Assembly: GCA_034429475.1 (NCBI GenBank)
Contig: DAOUGD010000250.1
Location: 21,527-85,526, forward strand
DNA: 64,000 bases
Reading direction: 5' to 3'
From: Anaerolineae bacterium
GTDB lineage: Bacteria; Chloroflexota; Anaerolineae; B4-G1; SLSP01
Shown here: positions 40,201 through 48,634 of the stretch, one piece after another
Numbering within the stretch: position 1 is the first letter of the stretch
Layout: every line of letters begins with the position of its first letter
Program-made: the position numbers and the translations under genes
Notes under the pieces: model-generated
Databases searched by the model: none
Told to the model about the DNA's origin: nothing
What the model saw: the letters and a program-made list of their open reading frames with translations, nothing else

Positions 40201-40433
40201 CAACCGATGCGCCGCCTATCGTCGCGTGGGCCTGGGACTTCAGCGACGACGCTACGTTGAAATTGGGGGCGATCGTGACGCATACCTATCTCACGGAGGG
40301 GACTTTCACCGTTACCCTGACGGTCAGCGATAGCCTGGGCTACCACGCTGTCGCGGCCTCGGTCGTCACGGTCAGTCAGGATCAGGTCTTCGTCTACCTG
40401 CCGCTGGTGTTGCGGGATTATCCGCCGCAATAA
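34253..40433 (+). CDS. giant secreted cell-surface protein: signal peptide, about 10 DUF11 (TDTLP) repeat domains, two PKD domains and a YLPLVLR C-terminal tail
   Basis: RBS AAGGAGGA 7 nt upstream of the ATG at 34253. Signal peptide MRTKRFTFTLTTGLGSLLLLVTLLLLSPTQPGSAHA. Repeated [IV]TDTLP motifs. WAWDFGDDS appears twice, the PKD signature. Ends ...VFVYLPLVLRDYPPQ. Confidence 0.85.
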
Positions 40434-40444
40434 GCTGCCCTACA

Positions 40445-40485
40445 CAACGGGAGAGGGACTTTGCGCGCAAAGCCCCTCTCCCGTT
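40445..40485 (+). terminator. GC-rich hairpin (terminator-like, no U tract) after the giant gene
   Basis: aacgggagaggg actttgcgcgcaaagc ccctctcccgtt. Confidence 0.5.
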
Positions 40486-40683
40486 CCCCCCTACATCCGC
40501 CCAGACCCTTCCTCAGAAACCGATTCTAGCCACACAATTCAAACAGGAATGCGGCGCGACGGGAGACTGATAAGATCCTGCAATAGCGATTTTTAACTTT
40601 CCGGGTATTATTGAGCGAAGGAAGGTAGGAAAATCTATGCCCAATTCCTCATTGCAAGATCATGGTGACCACAGGAGACCCGC

Positions 40684-42915
40684 GTGAGCAACACCAAACC
40701 CCCCTCATGTTGGCTGATTGTGTCCATCTATATCTTCATCCTCGCCCTGTTGAGTTGGTCCATCGTCCGGTTTGATCTGCCAGACAGTCTGCTGCTCATC
40801 GGTGTCGTGCCCTGTGTGTTATCGGCCTTTTTCTACAGTCGGGGAATTTACTGGATTATGTGTATCACGCTCGCCGTGATGGCTATCTGGGTTACATCCC
40901 TGGTTTCCGGCAATTTCGTCAGCTCGCTGGTCACGATCGCGATGGCCTCGTTCAGCGGGCTGGCGATGGCGGAGGGCGTGCGGGCGTTGGTCACAGCCCG
41001 GGCGCGCGCCGAAGACGCCTTGCAGCGCAGCGAAGAACGCCTGCGCACGCTGATCAATGCTACCCCCGATATCATCTGCTTCAAAGACGGCGCGGGGCGC
41101 TGGCTAGAAGCCAACCGGGCCGATCTCGAACTCTTCGAATTGCAAACGGTGGACTATCACGGCAAGACTGACGCCGAGCTGGCGCCGTTCAGCCCTTTTT
41201 ACCGCGACGCCTTCCTCACCTGCGAGCAGACAGACGAAACCGCCTGGCTTCAGGGCGCGACCTCACGCGGCGAGGAACGGATTCCCGTTCCCGATGGGAG
41301 CGCCCGCGTCTACGATGTCATCAAGACGCCGCTTTTTCACGCCCACGGTGGCCGCCGTGGCCTGGTGGTGCTGGGCCGTGACATCACAGAACGCAAGCGC
41401 GCGGAAGAAGCGTTGCGCGAAAGTGAGGAGAAATACCGGTTTTTGTTTGATAACGCCGGCGACGTGATCCTCATCCATGACGAAGAAGCGCGGATATTGG
41501 CCTTCAACAAACTGACCATCGAGCGGCTTGGGTACACGCCGGAAGAGCTGCTATCCATGACGATCCATCAAATAGATACACCGGAGCAAAGTCGGCAGGT
41601 GGCGGGCCGAATCGAACAGGTGCTGGAGCAAGGACAGATTGCCTTTGAAACCGTGTTACAGCGCAAGGACGGCTCGTATGTCTCGATGGAGGTTCGCACC
41701 CGACGCATCCTTTGGGACGACAAGCCGGCGCTGATGAGCATTGGACGCGACATTACTGAGCGCAAACAAGCCGAGGAAGCCCTGGTCCGCTACCGCGATC
41801 ATCTGGAGGAGTTGGTCCAGACCCGCACTGCCGAAGTACAACGCCAGTACGCGCAGTTAGGCACCATCTTGCGCAGCGCCGGCGACGCCATTTGTATGAC
41901 CGATCCTGAGTGGCGCATCTTGTACATCAACCCGGCCTTCACCACCTTGACTGGCTATCTGGCAGACGAGGTGCTGGCCCGGAATATGTGTGACTTGAGC
42001 GTGATGGTGGATTGCGCCTCACACTTGTCGGCCATTCTCCCGGTCCTGAATCAGGGGAAGCTCTGGCAAGGAGAAATGCTGGGTCAGCGCAAGGATGGCC
42101 GGAACTACACGGCAGAGTTCATCGTCGCGCCGGTGCATGACGACGCCGGACAAGTCAGCGGTTACGTCTTTACCCACCACGACGTCAGCCAGGCCAAAGA
42201 CCTGGAACGCGCGCGCGATCAGTTCATCACCAACGTCTCCCATCAATTCCTCACCCCCCTCACCCCGCTCAAGACCGGCATCTACCTGCTCCGCCGCACG
42301 CTCGTCTCGGAAAAACAGCAGCAACAGTTGACCGCGATGGAGACGGCCATAGACTGGCTCATCCATCTGGTCAAGGACACACTGGAAATCTCAACGTTGG
42401 ACAGTGGCAAAGGCGTCACGACCTGGGAACCGGTTTCCCTGCTGGACATCGTTGATGAAGTGCTGAAGCGTCACCAACGCCAGGCGCAGCAGGGCGAACT
42501 GGCCCTCACCGCCGCGCCGATCCCCGCCGATTTGCCGCCCGTGCAGGGCGATCCCGCGCGGTTGATCCAGGCATTGGGCGAGCTGGTGGAAAACGCAGTG
42601 ACCTTTACTCCTGCCGGAGGACAGATTAACGTGGCGGTGCGGTCCGACAACCGCCATGGTGAAACCTGGGTCGCGGTGGCGGTGCAAGACAACGGCCCCG
42701 GCATACCCCCGGAAGAGCTGCCGCGACTGTTTGAACGCTTTTTCCGAGGACGCCTGGCCGAGCCGGGTCACATTGCTGGCATCGGGTTGGGGCTGTGCAT
42801 CGCCCAGAAAATCGCCCAGGCGCACGGCGGCAACATCACCGTCGAGAGTACGGTGGGGCAGGGCAGCACCTTCACCCTATGGCTACGGGCGGCGACCGGC
42901 GGCGCGGCGCGGTAA
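40684..42915 (+). CDS. orphan sensor histidine kinase with multiple PAS domains
   Basis: N-terminal TM helices, three PAS-like segments, the HisKA H-box ITNVSHQFLTPL, and HATPase_c motifs NAVTFTP, DNGPGIP and GIGLGL. GTG start as listed; no response regulator adjacent. Confidence 0.8.
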   Translation: MSNTKPPSCWLIVSIYIFILALLSWSIVRFDLPDSLLLIGVVPCVLSAFFYSRGIYWIMCITLAVMAIWVTSLVSGNFVSSLVTIAMASFSGLAMAEGVRALVTARARAEDALQRSEERLRTLINATPDIICFKDGAGRWLEANRADLELFELQTVDYHGKTDAELAPFSPFYRDAFLTCEQTDETAWLQGATSRGEERIPVPDGSARVYDVIKTPLFHAHGGRRGLVVLGRDITERKRAEEALRESEEKYRFLFDNAGDVILIHDEEARILAFNKLTIERLGYTPEELLSMTIHQIDTPEQSRQVAGRIEQVLEQGQIAFETVLQRKDGSYVSMEVRTRRILWDDKPALMSIGRDITERKQAEEALVRYRDHLEELVQTRTAEVQRQYAQLGTILRSAGDAICMTDPEWRILYINPAFTTLTGYLADEVLARNMCDLSVMVDCASHLSAILPVLNQGKLWQGEMLGQRKDGRNYTAEFIVAPVHDDAGQVSGYVFTHHDVSQAKDLERARDQFITNVSHQFLTPLTPLKTGIYLLRRTLVSEKQQQQLTAMETAIDWLIHLVKDTLEISTLDSGKGVTTWEPVSLLDIVDEVLKRHQRQAQQGELALTAAPIPADLPPVQGDPARLIQALGELVENAVTFTPAGGQINVAVRSDNRHGETWVAVAVQDNGPGIPPEELPRLFERFFRGRLAEPGHIAGIGLGLCIAQKIAQAHGGNITVESTVGQGSTFTLWLRAATGGAAR

Positions 42916-42932
42916 TCGCGGCGCGCCAGCCC

Positions 42933-44744
42933 TCAAGGCGCGGCGCGCAACACCAGCGGCAGGTACAAGGGATAGAGCCGCTCGACGATGCGCACGGTGA
43001 GCGGCACGACGAATGGGCTTTGCAGCACCGGCGGCGCGGTAGTCAACGTAATAGCGCCGGTGTAAATGCCGACGGGGAGGCCGCGCGGGTCAACCGTAAC
43101 CCTGAACGCGCTCAGTTGCATGGAGAACGACTCGTACCACACACTGATGGTGGGGGCGGCGCTGAACGTGATCCCCTGCGTGGCCGTGACCAGGCTCCAA
43201 TCGAACGGGTAGTCGCCGACGTTTTCCACAATCACAGTCGTGGCGGCCGGGTGAGTGTCCGAGACGGCCATCATCCATCCCAGGGTGGCGGGTCTTACGC
43301 TCATCCCCCAACGGCCGATGACGTTGAGAGTCAGCGGAATCGTGAGGGGATTGCCGGGCATACAATCTGCCGCGGCCGTCACGGTGACGACGCCGGTGTA
43401 CGTCCCGGTCAGCAAGTCGCGCGCGTCCACCACAATCTGGAAGCTCTCCCCGGCAACTCCCCCGGTCACGGTGACGCTGAACGGCAGTCCCTGCGCCGCC
43501 GTACCGAGAGTCCACGTGAAGGGGCGCTCGCCGGTGTTCTCCACCGTGACCGTCTCAGTGAAGAGCGCCCGATCCCGCAGGTGGACGTTCCACTCAAAGG
43601 TGATGGGGGTCACGCGCATCCCCTGCACATACCACGGACAGGGGCGCTTGGGCATCTCTTGCAAACCCGTATACGCCAGACGCGGGCTGCCATCGGGCTT
43701 CAGCACCGAAAACCACCGGAGTGGATCACATGGCGCCATCCATGCACTCGGCAGGGTCGCAAAGTCCAGGTTGGAGACCAGCATCACCTGCATCCAGGGC
43801 CAGTGGGCGTCCGCGTAAGCGAAGGCGCGGGTGAGGTAGGTACTCTGGCTGATGGCGCTGCCCTGCTGCCACGCGAATCCCCCACTGTCCCACTCCGGGT
43901 CACATTCCACGCCCTCTTCGTCGGAATCCAGCAGCCAGCCGAACTCCGTCGCCCAGACCGGCTTGTCGCCATCGCCGTGCGCCGCCATGACCGCATAAAT
44001 ATCCTCGGCGCGCCGGAAATTGTTGACGCCCCAGCCATAGGCTTTGTCTTCCGGCGGGCCGCCAAAGCCGTAGTTGTGGAGGCTGATGGCATCGAAGTAG
44101 CCGTGCAGTCCCGCGTCGTACATGGCCTCGAGGTAGGTCACGTCGTTGATCGCGTGGACGCTGTCCCCGCCGGTGGGCGCAAGGCCGCCGGCAACGACGA
44201 TCACGGCCGGATCGCCGGCCTTCGCGCCGACGTAGGCCCGTGTAACCATTTCCGTGTAACGCACGGCATCCAGGGGTTGGCCGGCCCACTGAAAATCAAG
44301 GTTGGGTTCGTTCCACACCTCAAGGGCGACCCGGTAGCCGTTGCCGCAGGCCGCGCGCTGCTGCCCCACGTACTCCGCCAGCGCCTGGAAGAACGCCTGC
44401 CACCCCGCCATCTCGCTATCCTGGATGGGCTGCCAGTTATCAGAGGCCCGCTCAACGCGCAGCACCAGGTTGAGTTGGTTATTGCACGCCTCGTCCAACC
44501 GCCATTTCACGGTATCCCAGTTGTAGACACCGTCGCGGTCGGGATCAACATCATTCCAGCGAGCAAAATATTTGAACCAGTCGAAGCCCGCGTCGCTCAC
44601 CGCGCTCATGTGAGCTGGGTCGGCAGGATAGCCGAGCATCATCCCATAGCCGAGGTGCGGCCCCGTCTCCTGAGCGCGCGCAGGGATAACCCACCCCAGC
44701 CAGCCGACCACGGCCAAACACAGCGCAACCCCAAGCTTACGCAT
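42933..44744 (-). CDS. secreted clan GH-A (GH5-like) glycoside hydrolase with C-terminal Ig-like domains and a YLPLVLR tail
   Basis: Signal peptide. Acid/base motif LEVWNEPN and nucleophile motif ATEFGW. Ends ...RLYPLYLPLVLRAAP. Confidence 0.8.
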   Translation of the reverse strand: MRKLGVALCLAVVGWLGWVIPARAQETGPHLGYGMMLGYPADPAHMSAVSDAGFDWFKYFARWNDVDPDRDGVYNWDTVKWRLDEACNNQLNLVLRVERASDNWQPIQDSEMAGWQAFFQALAEYVGQQRAACGNGYRVALEVWNEPNLDFQWAGQPLDAVRYTEMVTRAYVGAKAGDPAVIVVAGGLAPTGGDSVHAINDVTYLEAMYDAGLHGYFDAISLHNYGFGGPPEDKAYGWGVNNFRRAEDIYAVMAAHGDGDKPVWATEFGWLLDSDEEGVECDPEWDSGGFAWQQGSAISQSTYLTRAFAYADAHWPWMQVMLVSNLDFATLPSAWMAPCDPLRWFSVLKPDGSPRLAYTGLQEMPKRPCPWYVQGMRVTPITFEWNVHLRDRALFTETVTVENTGERPFTWTLGTAAQGLPFSVTVTGGVAGESFQIVVDARDLLTGTYTGVVTVTAAADCMPGNPLTIPLTLNVIGRWGMSVRPATLGWMMAVSDTHPAATTVIVENVGDYPFDWSLVTATQGITFSAAPTISVWYESFSMQLSAFRVTVDPRGLPVGIYTGAITLTTAPPVLQSPFVVPLTVRIVERLYPLYLPLVLRAAP

Positions 44745-44906
44745 TTTACACCTCCATGTTGGAACAGGGGACTTAGTTGCTCACGTTATAGTCAAACCGT
44801 GGCGGCTGTCAATTCGGCGCGGGGAAACTTCTGCGCGAATAAAAACGGACCGGTGAATCACCGGCCCGTTCTCAGGTATGCGCCAAGCGTGTGGGAAATG
44901 AAATTT

Positions 44907-46181
44907 CTAGTCGTGGTAGGCGCGCAGCATAAGGGGAAGGTAGATCGTGCGGAAAATGACCATATTCTCAAATTCCGCCGTGCTCCCATAAACATCAGGC
45001 CCCGGCGCTGCAATCTCTGCCGCATTGTGCAAAATACGTATTGGCATACCCTGCGCCGTGACCGTGATCACAGCCATCCCGGTTTCGTTGGGAGCGATGG
45101 TGGGGATTTCCCACACAACCCGTGTGTTGCTGAGGAGTGTGGGGGGCGTCGGCACAGTTCCCACCACCGTCACATCGGCGGGCAGGGTGTCGGTCAGCCG
45201 GACCGAAGTGGCGACGTGATTTCCGATGTTTTGATAGGTGAGGGTGTAAACCATGGGTTCGTTGATGTAAGTCTGCGCCGGCGCGCCGGTCTTGGTCAGG
45301 TATAAGATTGCTCCTTCCGAGACGACCTGCGTGGCAAACAACTCGGACGTGATGGGCAACTCATCGGCGGTCGCCATAGCCGTGTTGGTAATCACCCCAA
45401 TCGTAGTCGGCGACGTCACCACGAGCGTCGCCATCCACGTCTCCCCTACCTCCAACGTTCCCACCGTCCACCGCAGTAACGGCAGCGTCACCTCCGCCGG
45501 CGCCGGGGTCGCCGATTGGTAAATCACGTCGCCCGGCAGAAGGTCCAAGACTGTAATGTTCCGAACCGGAACTTCACCGGTATTTTCGCACTGCAATTGA
45601 TATACCAATTCCCCCTCTTTCAGCACGACGGGATAACCGGTTTTGGTGAGAACCAGTTCACGCACGGGGGGCGCGACGATCGTGTGGACTGAAGCGTGCG
45701 TCGGCGTGACCCCGTCGGCGGTGACGATAGCGTGGTTGTACAGCTCGTCAAACCCTTCTTGCACTATGCCATACACGACGACTTCCACCGGTGTTGTCCC
45801 CGGCCCAATCGAAGGCGCATTGAAGGTCAAGACGCCGTCGGCGTAGCTAGCGTAGGAGGGGTTGGTCGAGATGAGCTGAATCCCGGCCGGCAGGAAATCG
45901 TAGAGACGCACGTTGAACGCCTGCGACCCGGCATTGGTGTTGGCGTAGCGCAACGTGTAAATCACCGTCTGGCCGGGGCGTGGGGAAGTCAGGTTGGCTT
46001 CCTTAGAAATCGTCAAAGCCGGATTGCCTATCGGGCTTTCAAAAGTCAACAGCGCCGGCTTCAAGGACGATGCCTGGAGTGTTTCCGTTGGCAGCCCCCA
46101 CACCAACGCCAGCCACAATCCAACCAAACCACCCAAGATCAACCAGGTTCTCAAAATACGGTTTCTTTTTTCAGATAACAT
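44907..46181 (-). CDS. secreted DUF11-repeat protein with a YLPLMLR tail
   Basis: N-terminal TM helix/signal peptide. Three DUF11-like repeats with the motifs LYDFLP, VLDLLPGD and LTDTLPAD. Ends ...FRTIYLPLMLRAYHD. Confidence 0.75.
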   Translation of the reverse strand: MLSEKRNRILRTWLILGGLVGLWLALVWGLPTETLQASSLKPALLTFESPIGNPALTISKEANLTSPRPGQTVIYTLRYANTNAGSQAFNVRLYDFLPAGIQLISTNPSYASYADGVLTFNAPSIGPGTTPVEVVVYGIVQEGFDELYNHAIVTADGVTPTHASVHTIVAPPVRELVLTKTGYPVVLKEGELVYQLQCENTGEVPVRNITVLDLLPGDVIYQSATPAPAEVTLPLLRWTVGTLEVGETWMATLVVTSPTTIGVITNTAMATADELPITSELFATQVVSEGAILYLTKTGAPAQTYINEPMVYTLTYQNIGNHVATSVRLTDTLPADVTVVGTVPTPPTLLSNTRVVWEIPTIAPNETGMAVITVTAQGMPIRILHNAAEIAAPGPDVYGSTAEFENMVIFRTIYLPLMLRAYHD

Positions 46182-46217
46182 AGTCCCTCCTTACTAAAAT
46201 GGTGAAAGTGATTTAAC

Positions 46218-46250
46218 AACACGCCCCCGCCGTGGGCGGGGGCGTGAGTT
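46218..46250 (-). terminator. terminator for the YtxH-like gene (minus strand)
   Basis: Perfect 12-bp stem cacgcccccgcc / ggcgggggcgtg, with a T-rich tract on the minus strand. Confidence 0.6.
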
Positions 46251-46276
46251 TACTATTCAGTGGAAACGAGAAACCC

Positions 46277-46660
46277 TTAAACTGCGGGTGCCGCGGCGGC
46301 CGGAGCAGCCTCTTCAGCCGGCGCTTCTCCTTTGTGCGTCATCTTGGCCTTGAGCTGCGCCTGCTTCTCCTCGACCATCGTCTTGGTCTGTTCTTGCAAC
46401 TCCTTCGCGCGCTCCTGAAGCTGCTTGGTAGCCTCATCCATCTTGGTGCGCGCCTCAGAAAGTAACTGCTCCGCCTTCGCGCGGGCTTCGTCGGCCTTCT
46501 GCGTGGCCTGCTCGCTCAGCTCCACACTCTTGCGGCGAATCTGCTCACGGGTCTCCCCACCGGACTGTGGCGCGAAAAGCATCCCCACCGCCGCACCGAT
46601 CAGCCCGCCGACGACGAACCCCAACAAAAAGACCCCGAATTCATTCTCCTGATTGGACAT
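46277..46660 (-). CDS. YtxH-like membrane-associated protein with a coiled coil
   Basis: N-terminal hydrophobic GVFLLGFVVGGLIGAAVGMLFAP, then a charged helical region. ATG at 46660 with GGAGG upstream. Confidence 0.6.
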   Translation of the reverse strand: MSNQENEFGVFLLGFVVGGLIGAAVGMLFAPQSGGETREQIRRKSVELSEQATQKADEARAKAEQLLSEARTKMDEATKQLQERAKELQEQTKTMVEEKQAQLKAKMTHKGEAPAEEAAPAAAAPAV

Positions 46661-47207
46661 CCTCTTTGCCTCCTGTTTGCTTTGGACGTGAATGTGGGCG
46701 AGTGTTCTTGACGACTGCGAGCAAATCCCCGCTGACGCGCTGCGCCGCCGCCGCAAATCCCGCCAACCTGATAAAAGGTGACACCATATTGTGGCTGACA
46801 AATTCCGTCGTCCCCCGCACGGTGGACGCCGTGTCATTGACCGATCGCAACAAGGGTTGCACCTCGTCGCGCAATACCTGAATCAACATTTGAACCTGGA
46901 AGATCAGCAAAATCGCCGCCAACCCGATCACAAACGTTTCCACCGCCACGAAGACGATGGCAATATCGCGGATGACGGTGGTGGCCGATGGGAAGCTCGC
47001 CATCAAGGTCACGGCGGCGATCAACAAGAGCAGGAACACAATGCCTGCCACAATAATGATCAATTGCGTGCGCTTCGCCGCCTTTTCCGCAGCGACCTGC
47101 GCTTCCAGCGTAGCGGCATCTTCAATGGGGGTACTACTGGCCGGGGCCGGCGCTTCTAGCGCGGCAGTTGGTTTTTCCGGGCGAACGGTTGATGTTTCAG
47201 GCGGCAT
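46641..47207 (-). CDS. DUF948-family membrane protein
   Basis: TM helices followed by a helical region, overlapping the downstream YtxH-like gene. Confidence 0.55.
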   Translation of the reverse strand: MPPETSTVRPEKPTAALEAPAPASSTPIEDAATLEAQVAAEKAAKRTQLIIIVAGIVFLLLLIAAVTLMASFPSATTVIRDIAIVFVAVETFVIGLAAILLIFQVQMLIQVLRDEVQPLLRSVNDTASTVRGTTEFVSHNMVSPFIRLAGFAAAAQRVSGDLLAVVKNTRPHSRPKQTGGKEDVQSGE

Positions 47208-47399
47208 TGAGTCCTCCTTCTCCGGGGCAAGCCCTGAATGAACACAAATTCATTATACCATGCGGATAAAAAAGAAACAAGGCAAAGCGAGAAAGCGAAC
47301 AAGCGAATAAGCGAGTGGACGAGATGTGCTGGGTGGTGGTGCGCTGCAATCCCCCATTTGGCCTCCGTGCAAAATTGCCTTATACTCAGGCCTATCCAT

Positions 47400-48551
47400 A
47401 TGGCATTGATTGAGGTGATCTCCGACAACACCGGAACTTTCCTAGCAAGCCGAAGAAGTCGCTGGTTTTTCCCCCTTCTCGTGCTGTGCTGGTTCGGATT
47501 TGCGCTGCGCGTTTACCGTCTGGACGCGCAGTCTTTTTGGTTCGATGAGTGGTTGAGCTTCGATCTGGCCCGCGCACCGTTGCTCTATGCGCCCGCAACG
47601 ATTGATCGTCCCCCGCTATACTACGTACTGCTGCACCTCTGGATCAGGATCGCCGGCGTCTATCCTTTCACGTTTCGCTTCTTTTCGGCCTGCTGCGGTG
47701 CGTTGACCGTGCCATTGTTTTACCGGTTGGGGCGGAAGACGCTGGGACGGCAGGCGGGTATGTGGGCTATGACGCTGGCGGCGCTTTCCCCGTTTTGCGT
47801 CTACTACGCGCAGGAAGCCCGCACTTACGCGCTGACGTTGACCCTGATCCTGGCCTCGAATTGGGCGCTGCTCGCATGGCTGGACACAGGCCGGAAGCGC
47901 ACCCTGGCGCTGTACATGGCAGTGACGCTGGCGTGCCTGTACACTCACTACGTCGCGTTGCTGATCCCGGCGGCGCAAGGCCTCTTCGTCTGGCTGAGCC
48001 GCCCCGGTAAGCAGCGCCATCTTCAATGGCTGGCTGCGCTGGCCGCGATTGGCGCAGCGTTTGCGCCCTGGCCGCTGCACGTCTGGACGCACATGGCGGA
48101 ACTGGCCCACCCGGCCACGGATATGCTCATCTACACGCCGATGCCGCCGCTCCAACGCGCCGCGCACATCTTGTGGACGACGCTGGTGGAGTTCAGCGTG
48201 GGGCGCACGGTGAGCGGCCCGGCGGCCATCGGCGGCGCGCTGCTCTTCCTGTTCCTGGTTATTTTGGGGCTGCGCCCGGTAGACGCGACGCCCCAGGCGC
48301 AGCGGTTTCTCTCTTGCACGTTGGCGCTGCCTGTGGCGGTGCTGTTGCTTTTGCCGCGCACGGCGGTATATTTTTCGCCCAAATACCTAAGCGTGGCGCT
48401 GCCCGGATTCTACTTGCTGGCCGTTGCCGGCTTGCAACGACTCCGCCGCGACGCGCCCTGGCTTTTTGTTCTCTGCCTCGCGCTCGTATTGCTCGCGTGT
48501 GCGTGGAGCTTGGGAGATTGGTTTTTGCATAGTCACGACAAAGTGGCGTAA
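47400..48551 (+). CDS. GT-C-fold glycosyltransferase (GT39/ArnT/PMT-like)
   Basis: Multi-TM protein with an N-terminal FWFDEW loop motif typical of GT39/ArnT-like enzymes. Confidence 0.65.
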   Translation: MALIEVISDNTGTFLASRRSRWFFPLLVLCWFGFALRVYRLDAQSFWFDEWLSFDLARAPLLYAPATIDRPPLYYVLLHLWIRIAGVYPFTFRFFSACCGALTVPLFYRLGRKTLGRQAGMWAMTLAALSPFCVYYAQEARTYALTLTLILASNWALLAWLDTGRKRTLALYMAVTLACLYTHYVALLIPAAQGLFVWLSRPGKQRHLQWLAALAAIGAAFAPWPLHVWTHMAELAHPATDMLIYTPMPPLQRAAHILWTTLVEFSVGRTVSGPAAIGGALLFLFLVILGLRPVDATPQAQRFLSCTLALPVAVLLLLPRTAVYFSPKYLSVALPGFYLLAVAGLQRLRRDAPWLFVLCLALVLLACAWSLGDWFLHSHDKVA

Positions 48552-48634
48552 AGTAGGCGCGACATCCCTGTCGCGGGAAGGCGGACACGCGGAAAGGATT
48601 CCGCGCCTACAAGGTCTATTCCGAGAGAGGTTCA

